Shown one piece after another: positions 25,929 through 38,126 of a DNA stretch of 64,000 bases. The stretch is from Chrysomallon squamiferum (taxonomy: Eukaryota; Animalia; Mollusca). The notes under the pieces are model-generated. The model was not told where the DNA came from. It saw only the letters and a program-made list of their open reading frames with translations, and ran no database searches. Made by a program: the position numbers and the translations under genes. The DNA lies in the NCBI GenBank assembly GCA_012295275.1, contig CM022665.1, positions 40,672,001-40,736,000 on the forward strand. The letters run 5' to 3'. Each line of letters opens with the position of its first letter. Positions within the stretch are counted from its first letter, which is position 1.

Positions 25929-27242
25929 AGTTGGAAATACAGATTTTAAATCAAATACTTCCATCTTGTTACCTTAAAAAACCAAGACAAGTGGTCACTA
26001 TCATTCGAAGCAATTACAAAAAATAGAAAATAAAAAATAAACCCCACACAAATGTATTTTTTTGTTATATCCAGTGTTACATTATCAAGCCGATCAGCAC
26101 TTTTTGAATTCATTGTTTTTAAAAATTTAGAGTTCAGGAGTTACCCATTACTGATAGGGTTCCATTATGGATAAAACACTTTTTAACTATATGAACTGAC
26201 AGATTAAACATTCCCTTCATTTTTTTTAGCTGTTGGAAGTAATGGACCAATTTGACATTTAGCAGATTCATTTAGCCAGTTGTTAAAAGCCTGATGTTTG
26301 TATTTAAAATAAAAATTTATAAAATATTAGTTTCATTCCATCAGTTAAGCCGACATGTACACTAGAAGAAAAAAAAAGAAGCAATATCTGAAAATATAAA
26401 TGTTTATTACAAATTTTTATCTGAAAAAAAAAAATGGTTAACAGAAAATGTTACATGTCATTTAAAGTTAGAGGTACAGATTTTAAAAATGCCCGTTACA
26501 AATTTTCATATTGTATAAATACATATAGACTGATCCCAGTTAAAAATTAAATTAAGATTCATCTTTCTCTGTTCAGATTACAAATGTCTAATAAACAATT
26601 TCTATACATTTTATATTTAATGGCTGCCTTTTTTTAATCAATAAATTACATTTACCAATATACAAAATACTCATGAAAAGCACAACAAACTACAAAAATA
26701 AAAAGTGTGGAGAAATGTTCACTATAACTTTACTATTTGTCAAACCTGTCAGATAATGTCGATTGTCCAAGTAATTTTATATTTTTTGACAATTAAAAAA
26801 AAAAAACCTTTCCGTAACAAAAACAATTGAGAAAATGCCTCAAAAACATTTGTGGAGTGGAATGTAGTATTCCAGAGATTTTATGGAAAACAGATAAGCA
26901 CTGCTACTAAATTAAAAAGTAAAAAATTACTTAGTATGTCAAGAACATTGAAAATTGCACCAAATTGTGACATCGAACATGAAATATGTACCATGTCAGT
27001 AAATCTGTATATAAATAACTAACACCGAGTTGTAGGCATACATTCATAAAAGATATTTAGCATAATACACGATAAGCACGACCACTATTAAGACGCATAA
27101 CAAAGTTAATATTAAGCCAGCTTTTGTTATTAATTTGATTTTCAAAATAAAAGTACATTATCAAAACTGCATAATATGTTGAGCACTAAAACATGCAAAA
27201 ATTATCTTATTTAAGAAAATATCTGAAATTTAACAACAAGTC

Positions 27243-28911
27243 TCAGTCAGAGATAACTGCTGGTAAATCCACACACCAAATTGTTTTATTATTCTCATCC
27301 AGCAGATACCATATAACCACCAATCTGATCTGCAAAATAAACAAAACATTACTTTTTAAAAAAATGCTCATAGCTTAGAATTACACCAAAATCAGTTCTA
27401 TACATTTCATACCAGTTACTATTTAAAATAAAGATGAACTATTAAAAAACCCAGTTTTAACGCATTCATTTAATCTATACAGTTAAAATTTATACATTTA
27501 TAAATGTCTTTGTAATGCCTTTGTCATGTTAAAATACAATACATACTTGGACAAAATGTTAAGAAAAACAATCACAAAAGCTGATGCAAGGTCATACACT
27601 AAAGCTACGATAAATTCTTATCTATAAAATTTATGCTTTTAAAATCTATACATATAATTTGATTTAATTTTTTATGAAAATGCAAACCTTGGGATACATT
27701 TTTAGGACAGGAACCACAGAGTGGTAGGAATACGATCCTCCACTTTTCAGTGGGCAAGTCAACCCACAGTTTTTACATGCATCTTCATTTGGAAGATTAA
27801 ATTTTATTTTGACACCCTCAATATCACCATAAACCTTGGCAGTAGCCTTAGCTGCATTTTCACCTGGACAAAATGACAAATGATAAAGTAATGAAATTTT
27901 ATATTTATCAAATTAAAAAAGTTAATTTTAAGAGATTGGTGGTTTGTATCACTTTAACTGAAAAAGGTAAACATTTAAAAGAATACTTGCATTAAAATAA
28001 TGTTAGCTATTAATTTTGAATTTTGAACAGTAAGTAGGGTTCTATGCTGCAGAAACAATTCCCACCCCCTATTTTTCAAGTTCAGACTGCAGGTAAATTA
28101 CCACTTAAAATTATAAATATGTCAAAGAATATGATCTTGTATTATATTTTCAGCATTATTAAAATGTATCAAATTTAAAAAAATGTTAAGTTTGAAATGT
28201 CATCTTACCTGCTGTGAAATGAACAATGAATGTGACATTTGTTCCCCGTTTCAACTGACAGCTATGGCTATCACATGGTTCTGAAGATTCTAATGATGTC
28301 ACTTTGCCAGCTTGAGGCTCTGAAATATTTAAAAAACATATTTTACATTTTAATATTTACTCCACAACATACTCCACAAAGTCTACTACTGCAACTAAAA
28401 TTTTGATGAGAAATATATTGTACCAATTTAAAAAAATAAATAACAGCCTATTATATTTGGTGATGGGTGGAACCTGGTACCAAGAAAAGGTAACTACCGT
28501 GATACTTATAATTAAAGCTGGGTAATCTTGCAATTTGTGCTTATCCTGTATCCCTTGATAATCGAAGTTTTATTATTCATTCATTTATTCATTTATTTAT
28601 TATTTTTTTTTAATTTATTCATTTATTTTTTTATTTTTTATTTATTCTCCCTGCTAATTTTAAGAGTAGATACTATTAAAAAAAAAATATATATATATAT
28701 ATTTACAATGCTGGATTCAACGTTACAAGTATAACCATTAGCAATACTACAGAAATATTAAATATAAATATATTGTTTATACAATATATAGTAATGAATT
28801 ATGAAGTTAATATAAATATCATTTACCTGCACACGGTTTCCAAAGCAGAACCTTATATGCCGAAGCTTCAAAGCAGCCAAGGATTAAAAAAAATATTAGA
28901 AATGAATGCAT
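27243..28911 (-). CDS. NPC2: NPC2-like / ML-domain protein, paralogue C (152 aa)
   Basis: Exons 28911-28827, 28319-28209, 27863-27688 and 27329-27243, phases 1,1,0. MHSFLIFFLILGCFEASAYKVLLWKPCAEPQAGKV..EPCDSHSCQLKRGTNVTF..VYGDIEGVKIKFNLPNEDACKNCGLTCPL..VPVLKMYPKIRLVVIWYL..WCVDLP. Confidence 0.92.
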
Positions 28912-29000
28912 GCCGAAAACTGTCAGCGTTAACACTGTTTGGGGAACAAAATAAATCTAAAAGATTAACAACTTTAAATAGTGGAGAATGTCACACCATA

Positions 29001-29010
29001 GTCTCGTGAC
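29001..29010. promoter_or_regulatory. CLEAR-like element GTCTCGTGAC, 90 bp upstream of the NPC2 paralogue C start codon
   Basis: 9/10 match to GTCACGTGAC in a promoter-proximal position; the mismatch is inside the E-box core. Confidence 0.35.
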
Positions 29011-30300
29011 TCTTGCAATTTTCCTGTATCTCCTGGTGATACAAGGGAAGTAACTCCATATTAATGTCAAGGGTTCGGCCTTAAATAAGGAAACAATTCG
29101 ACACTTCAAAATATAATTCATCTCCGTTATTAAGTCAAATGTGTATCATTTCTGCAACATTACAGTATTTTTTTTACTTGTTTATTTTCTTAATTATTTT
29201 TATTTTTAAATTATTGTTTATTTTGGTTTCTTTGTTAATAATTATTCATTATGGTAAAGGAAACTGGTATTTTAATTATTAGAATTTTATTTTATTTTTT
29301 TTTTTTTTTTTTTTTTTTTTATACCAGTTCTAGATTTAGCAATAATCCATAATTACTACAGTTATGAACCAGCTATGAAATCATAAAACAAATGTGATAC
29401 CAGTCCCAAACATGATAAATAAGTAAAAAGTAATAAATATTTAAAATATTTAAACAAAAATAAGTGTACTTTGATTTTCACCAAGTCTTTAAGTTTAAAA
29501 AAGAGTGTGTGTGTTTGTTTATGTGTTTGTGTGTGTAAAATCTACTGTTATTATTTTGAAAAGAATATTCTAAATGTTATTTCACTACTGTTAAATATCT
29601 TAATATTATTTAAATTATATCTTTTAGAACTACTGACTTTTATTAACATTAAGCATGCACTAGATAAATGAACACAAGTAAAAACAGCAGCCAGAAACAG
29701 TTTATTATTAATTTATTCTTCCAAATTACACTTCACTAGACAAGTGAAATATTACATGCATAAAACTAAATATTAACATAAATTAACTGCACTTTATTCT
29801 ACACTTCAGCTGTATAAATATTTCTAGCTATAGACAACCAATGTGAACTGGCTTTATATCTTACTATTACAATGATTTGCCCTTTCATATATAAATATGA
29901 GTTGACAAAAATACAAATTTGCTCAAAGAGCAAAACACAATAGTCTCTTATTTCTCACCATCTGACTGGTCATAGTAACTTCATGTATTTCACATGATCA
30001 AATTTTTTTTTTTTTTTTTTTACCAAGAAAGAATGGTGGACTGAAATTCAACAAAATCATTAGGGAGGGAGAGAGTAAATTGTTTTCAGTTAAAAAATCA
30101 GAAAACTATGAATAAGAAAAACATTTGTAACACATTTTTTAAATTGTTTTTAATTTTTAATTTTTTTATCTTGTTTAAGTGTTAAAACCATACTGAAATC
30201 AAAGCAATTTTGGTAATTATTAGTTTTTGAAGAAGATATAATTTGATACAAATTTTTATAAATAATAGTAATCATTTTTTTCCATCTTCTTCTTGGTTTT

Positions 30301-30347
<47 letters not shown>

Positions 30348-31644
30348 GAAAAGTGTTTTGTGTTAATATTTCTTTTACATTAATTTATCTTTGAACTGTC
30401 TTTTAATATAAGACTGTATGAAGAAAATTTTATTTTAAAAAATATTATATTTTATTGATAATAATAAAAAACCTTTGAAAATGATTAAATACGTAGTTAA
30501 ATGACCAGAATTACTTTTACTCAGTAATCAAAAATTAAAATGTGACTTAATTACTTATGCTAAAGGCAATATCTGACAAAGCACAACTTATATGAATCTA
30601 GTGATACTAAATAATATAGTATACGAGGAATGTAAAACAGTATTTTAATGTTATAAGAAAGTTTCTATCTTATTCTAAGACATTTATGCTGGTGAAAATA
30701 TTATTGTTTGTTATTGCTACTACAACTACAACTATAATAATAACAATAATATTAATTATAATAATAATGGTAGTAGTAGCAGTAATAACTGTAGTAGTAG
30801 TAGTAATAATAATAATAATAATAATAATAAAATACCATAAAATAAATGGTAAGAATCTAAATTAAAAGACTGGAAAAATGACAAATACTGCTTACACTAA
30901 TTAAGTGATAAATTAAAGCCTATTTTTATTCAACCAATAATAAAAGTACCTCGCATCACAAATATATGTATATATATATATATACATATAACAAATTTCA
31001 TTGTACCATATAATAGAAGTGTGTCACCATGGGGACACAAATCTAATGGATAAAGATTAATTCAAATTTACCTTTGGATACTAAATAAATAAACAGCAGT
31101 AAATGATAATTAAAACTATTTTTGTTATTCATACATATATAACTATGCAGTTTTAAAATCTACATTATGATCTAGATTCCTATTTCACATTTAATAACAA
31201 TATCTCAAAACAATTTTAATATTAATGATTTCTTGATATTCAATCAGAATACATTATCTATGCATGTTAGAATATATTACAGATATTGCACGATTTTAAA
31301 CCCTGTAGTACTATAACTAATAAGTTAAAAAACAATAATTAAGAAAAAAAAAAAAAAAAAAAAAAAGATCATACATAATTAACTAGATAATACAAATTTA
31401 TTTGATCAAACTGCATGAATTGGCAATAGTCAATAATCAATAGATTGTACTAACGTTATCAAAAAGAAAAAGAAGAAATCATTTAATGCACTAAAGAATA
31501 TCACATTATCATTTAACACATTTCTATAGGCACAAATACTGTGTGTTTCCAATGTAGTGCACAGATAACATGAAGATGGAAATAACTCACTATATACATG
31601 CAGTGAACAATAATCAATAACACAAATACACAACACAGTTCAAT

Positions 31645-31830
31645 CAGCCTTGGTGACACAATGGATAAGCCATCAATATTAAGACTGTTAGGTCCTGGGT
31701 TTGTATACTAGTATCAGCTAATATCCACTGACGTTTCATAGGGGTGGGAGAGTCGGTTGGAGGTGTGAAACTGTTTCACACTTGGTTTTTTTCTTTAATC
31801 ATCAACAACTCACTGTCTTCTAGAATCTAA
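31645..31830 (+). mobile_element. Degenerate tRNA-head SINE-like element
   Basis: The 5' part resembles a decayed Pol III promoter: A-box-like TGACACAATGG (31654-31664) and B-box-like GGTTTGTATAC (~31698-31708). Local GC is higher than the flanks. The segment at ~54385-54590 looks like a more decayed body of the same family. The family assignment is from recall and unverified. Confidence 0.45.
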
Positions 31831-32599
31831 GCCCACGACAGACGTGCAGAAACCATAAGCCGGTCAAAGCATGGCTGACCGAATACAGAACATTAAACCT
31901 TCATACACTGAATATTTACAGAGAAGTGAACAATCAATACTTTTTTTTATATATATACTAGCTTAGATTGTCTACTGTTGAAAAATCGATTATGAAAACA
32001 AAACAACACAAACAAAAATATACATTTATATATATCTTACAAATGGTTGACTTAATAAATTCATAAAAAAGATAAAAACAGATTTAAATAGCTGTGATAA
32101 AAGAATGTAAATAAAAATGCATCAGTTTTAATAAGTATTTTCATAAATATTGTTGGTCATGGAATAAAATGAGATCCATGGTTTTTTCTAATTTCCTAGT
32201 GTTTCAATGTTTCAAGCTGATATAACTTAATAATTTTAATAACTTAATTTCAGTGACGGTTTGTATTTGATCTACAATAATAATACCAAAAACAGAATAC
32301 AATGAAGAAATTGAGATTCATACTTCTGTTTATGTTCTTGTTAGTATCACTGAAAATTGCAAGTGTATTCATATACATATATAATAGAAAAACAAAACAA
32401 AACATCTGTGGATTGATTCTTTTCAGCCACTTAGTTGACTTGCAAATGAAGTAAATTAGTTTTCTGTATATTTTGATATAATATCATTTACAGAATTAGT
32501 ATTCCAAAATGGAAAGAAATTTCCCTCATTTTCTGATTTTAGATTACAAACACCTTTACATAAATGTATACACACAGACATGCGCACACATACACACAG

Positions 32600-32632
<33 letters not shown>

Positions 32633-33284
32633 TACACACACACACACAAACCTGGCACACAAATAGCAGTGTATTTTAATTTCATTATATTAGTTTCAAA
32701 AGTTGAAGTCATATTTATAAGGAGACTAACTGCTTGAAAATAAAAGTAAATTATATATATATACTCACACATACACACATAATGTACAACAAAATTAAAA
32801 CACCTCATACAATTCGTAAACCATAACAACATTTCAAAATCACCCTGTGAACCCTGTAATCAACAATTCAAAGTTACTTTTTTTTAAATTTACATTACTC
32901 TGTCAAGCAGATAATATTATTTTTAAAAAATTAAAAATTGTTAATGGACCACAGCTAATAAAATCTATAGTGGCTGTGCTTGAAGTGCAATAATCAATAT
33001 TATGACAGATTCAGCTGTGAAAAGACAAAAACAAAGATACTTTAAGGATTTTTACAATTGATTAAATGACATGCTTAATTTAGAGGCTCAAGTTTGAGTC
33101 ATCCCAGATAAATATTTAGAAAAGAAAGAAAAACAAAAGCAAACATATCTAAAAATGCATATAAAGAAAATAAATGTTCAAGTGATACAGCAGTAAGAAC
33201 AAATCAGTTTAATTAATTTTGTTGGAAACAAAATTATTGAAGATGTGATCATTCTAAAACCGTAATTAATTTTCAAAAACATCT

Positions 33285-33470
33285 GAATGTAATTTAGAAA
33301 TACTGGAAAATTGCAATATAATTTTAGAAAATACTGGAAAACAAAAAATATAATTCTAAAAAATTCTGGAAACAATAAATATAATTTAAAAAAAGAAATA
33401 CTGATTTCAGAAAAACAGGAATCTCCTAATATAATTTTAGAAGATTCTGGAAAGCTGAAATATTAGTTTG
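33285..33470. repeat. Degenerate ~32-bp tandem repeat (AATATAATTTTAGAAAATACTGGAAA core)
   Basis: About five diverged copies visible. Confidence 0.65.
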
Positions 33471-35408
33471 AAAATGCAATCAATGTTGTTGATGTTATTG
33501 ATATGAAATGTACATATTTACATACCAAATGTATAAGAAAAATTAAAATGCATATCAAACAAGATGATCTATTTTAAATAAAAGTTTAGTTGTGTTTCAA
33601 AATGAACCTTACATACAACTCAATATACCCTGAGTCATTTTCAACAACAATTAATACAAAAATGTTTAAAGAAAAAGAAAAGATATTTAAGATATTTCCT
33701 AAACAAAGCAAACAGTCATCATGAAAAGAAAAAAAATACATATATATAAAGCATAATTAAAAGAAATAAAATGAGATCCCAGTCCACCCTTAGATTGAAC
33801 AAGTATGTCTGTATTTATAAAATTTAAAAATAAATGCAGGTAAATGCAGTTAATAACTACCTATCTGAGCACCTGTAAATAAATCTCTTATTTTGCATTA
33901 TGTAAAACAATAAAAACGAAATAGTCAAATCTGTCTGTACAAGATTAAATAATACTTTAATAACATTTAGTTTTAGAAGTGTTGTTGTTATAGATCAGCA
34001 GAATGAAGATTATTAATTAATTAATTTTAAATCCTATTAAATCCATGATTTATAAATCTCAAAAATAAAACAACTAATGTTTAAACTAATTTACATTATT
34101 CCTCTTATTGTTGTTGTTGTCATTATCATTACTGTTGTTGCTATTACTTTTCAAATTTATTTTAATTAATTAACATTTCAGTCCTGCTGATAACATTTTT
34201 TCAGTGTTAACTGACAGTAATATATTTAAAAAGTGGAAGAAATACAACGTACACAATTCAGTTCGTGCTCTCAAAAAGAATGGTGGAAAATACCAAAAAA
34301 TGAATTATTACAATACAGCAAAATTATTAAATATTGGTGGTATGATAACATGTTTTGGTTTCTAGTAGTATAAATTTTAAGTTGTATTAGATGTACAAGA
34401 TAAAATTATAACCATTTATTTATTTATTTATTTATTTATTTATTTGCAGTTACAATATGTGGTTATGAAACAAAAACATTTTTAAAATAATACATTAATA
34501 ATTCAATATTGTGACCATTAGTATTATAATAATACTGAGTAAATATTACTATAATAAACTCTGATATATGTTATTTAATACCAGTAACATGTAAAGGTTA
34601 TGACAATAAAGAAATTGATAAATATCAAGGTAATCTGATAATATATTTATCTGATAACCTAGAATTATAGGGGCAAGGAAAGGTAAAATAAATGCCCAGC
34701 ATACTTGTAAATTATCTGTACTGTATTAGTACAATATAACAGTTAAAAATAAAAGTAAAATATTTATAACAAGATCGATTCTATTCTGTAAAGTCACATA
34801 CTTCTATGTATACATGAGAAAATTTGTGAACACAGAAATACTTGCCACACACACACACACACACACATTTTATTTGAGATAAACATAGTTTATAGGTACA
34901 TTAGTACATACAACTCTTAATAAATGGGTAATGTAAATATTTAAACATAAATGTATTCATACTAAAACAAATTTTCATCAATACTGTTACTAAAAATGTG
35001 AATGATAAAATGACATAAATAATAATATCATATCAAAAGTAAATTTAAAATAATACATTAAATTCAAAAACATAGACTAGCATATTAATCTATCATTAAT
35101 ATTTGACAAAGATCTTATTTTAAAAGAAAAATAACAATATAAAAAATAGCAGTACAAAAACTTAAAAAATTATCTGTATCAACCATCAAAAACATTACAT
35201 AAAATGTTAACATTATCAAAATCATTATGATTTAGGTATCCAAAAAAGAAAAAAAGAAGAAGAAAGAAAAATCCTCTTTGAGAAGAATATGATACGATGT
35301 TATCTAAAGACTTACTGATATTTAAAATCAGATGTTTTCACACTTAAAATTTATTCAGATCAATCCTAATTACTTCTAAAATATTGACAACATAACACTT
35401 TAGCAAGG

Positions 35409-35459
<51 letters not shown>

Positions 35460-38126
35460 TAAAAAAGCCTGTTCCAAATACAAACTGATTTTTTTACTAT
35501 CAAACATGACTACTATTTCTATTTTCATATAATTTAGATTTTCTGGGTAAAGCTTTGTGTGCCTTCAATTTAATATGTGTGTGTGTTTTGAGCATGCAAG
35601 GATATGTTTTAAGACATTTCTGATTTCAGTTTTAAACAATATTTTTACAGTTTAGGGTCAAGAAACCTTAATACTTTGTAAGGCCCGACCAAAGTGATTA
35701 AGATTTTAAGCTTAAATTTTCCGATTTCCAGTATTTAGACTTGATATATTAATTACAAGAAGCTGATATTCTTAAGCTTGAAATCATGGGGATGTTATTG
35801 ATTTTCATTGTTGTCTTGATTTCGCTGTGTTGCATGCGGTGAATAATTCATGTAAGTGATGCTATCAGTAACATTACAGCAAATATGTAAAGGTTCTGAG
35901 ATAGTCATTCAAGATTTGAATGCATTGCACTGCTTTTCATTATTGTTTTCAGTAATTTGTACCATCAAAAAGCTTCAAGGATAATGAAAAAAGAACTTTA
36001 AAAAATGAAAGACCTGAGAAAAAAAAAAATGTAAAAAAAAAAAAAGATTGTGAAAAATAAAACAGATCAATTAAAAACACAAACTGAATAACATATATAT
36101 CTATATAGAAATCTTTTGATATGCATCATTTTAAAGTAAAATATTTTAGCTATCAAACATATTTCATAAATGTACCTATACTAATTTTTAATTCAACTAT
36201 TTTCCATGCCTGTGTGGGTAATACCAGGTGTATTGAAATATGCAGTGTATTATTCTGAAATATAGTTTTGAAACAAAAGAGTGAACACGCAAGATATTCT
36301 TTTATACTATAACTGTAATAAACACTAGAAACAAATTATCATAGTTTTAAAATATGGGTAAACATTTTTATAACTAGTTCTTGGTCAAGGTCAAATCTGG
36401 ATTAATTTCAACACTGCACCAACAAATGACGATTAACATTGACCTTATTTATATATCTGTCTGTCTGACTATCTTTTTCTACAGAGGTCATACAAATGTT
36501 ATTTACAAATTAAAAGTAAACTGGAATACAACTGAAGAGAGTTATCAGGGGAGATCAGTCCATTCAATTTATTTCAATATTAATTATACTAATGCTGATA
36601 TACGAAATTATATTGATATTGGTTTATAAAATATTGAACTTATTCAGAAAACAGAAGCAATAAGGAAAAAGGAATCTATTAAAATTAGTAGATTTAAATT
36701 TGAGCTATTTTGTAAGGGGTTTGAAATGTTTTGAATCTTTATAGAAAGTGTATATAATAATAGTGAACCCAGTTCTCATAAGATGTTTCTTACTGGAGAA
36801 ATCCCTGACTGCTGTTTTCTGAATGGAATTAAATATTGTTTAAACCAATAAATACAATTAGAGATCATAGTATTTTTCACAAATTTTGTTAATATAATCG
36901 ATATACAATGATTATGAATCAAAATATATTTTTAAAAGATGTTTTTTTTTTTTTTTTAAATTAAAAAGAATAAACAAAGAAAGAAAAAAATAATAATAAT
37001 AAATTGATAAAATAAGGAACAAATAGATATTGTGCAAGCAACATTCCAAAATACTAAAACACTATGCCAACACACAATAATCACTCAGTACATAATCCTA
37101 ATTATTATTATAATCAACACTCTAATAGTTCACACAATCTGCTAACATTTTCTTGAAAACATTCTAAATATCAAGTATTTTGTTTTTCTAAACAAGAATT
37201 ATTTTCATACAAGTCAAAAGAAGACATGATTTTAAGTACATGCAGTCAAAATACAAATCATTTATATGATAACAAAATCATATTTTCTATACAATATTGC
37301 CAAATAAAAAACAAATTTCAAGTGTTGTTTATGTACAGACATGTAACTGATTATAAATGCACCCAAAAATTGTGCAAATTCAGCAAATCATTTCTTATTA
37401 ATTATTGATAAATTATGTAAATACAACAAAACAAAAACAAAAACCATAAATAAATAAATTGTACATTATTCAACTCAGATTTGCACCCTGTTATCAGTAA
37501 AAACAAACAAACAAACAAGAAAACAACCAGTCATTTATAGAAATAGTTTCTATAAACAAACATATCCTTTTTCAAATAATGTGTCTCGTTTCGAAATAGA
37601 GTCCAGTTACAACAAGACTCACATATCTCTGTTTCTAAAATCTACAGTCATCTTCTAAAACACAGTGTCTACCATCTACTCCTTTCTAAATCTACTAATG
37701 TACAACACAAAATGCTTCATCACAATCTATGGCCAGTCGTAAACCTTAAATTTGTGTTATTTATGTTTTTTCTTTCTGTACCACTTATCTAATAATTTAG
37801 CCACACTCTTCAGTCCATGTCCAGTTTTTAAAAGAATGTCCAGTTATTCAAACTTTCAGAATCTATGATTCATATTGTATGCTTAGGAATTAATTAATAT
37901 TAGTCCCATAATAATATTCTCATCATTTATTATGCATGTTTTATGAATATTCATCATCAGAACTGCGTAACTTTTAAAACTCTCATTTCCTTAAGCTGTC
38001 AGCATCCAGTATTATAATGATAATCATCAACAGAATTATGCAACAAAACTTTTATATGCCACACCCTTAATGCTGTCAATCATTGTTAACTCCACCAATC
38101 ACAACCTCTGTTACATTTCACTGTTA

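Noticed and set aside
31645-31720. Functional tRNA gene
   Set aside because: The A and B boxes are degenerate and a cloverleaf cannot be folded; better explained as a SINE head.
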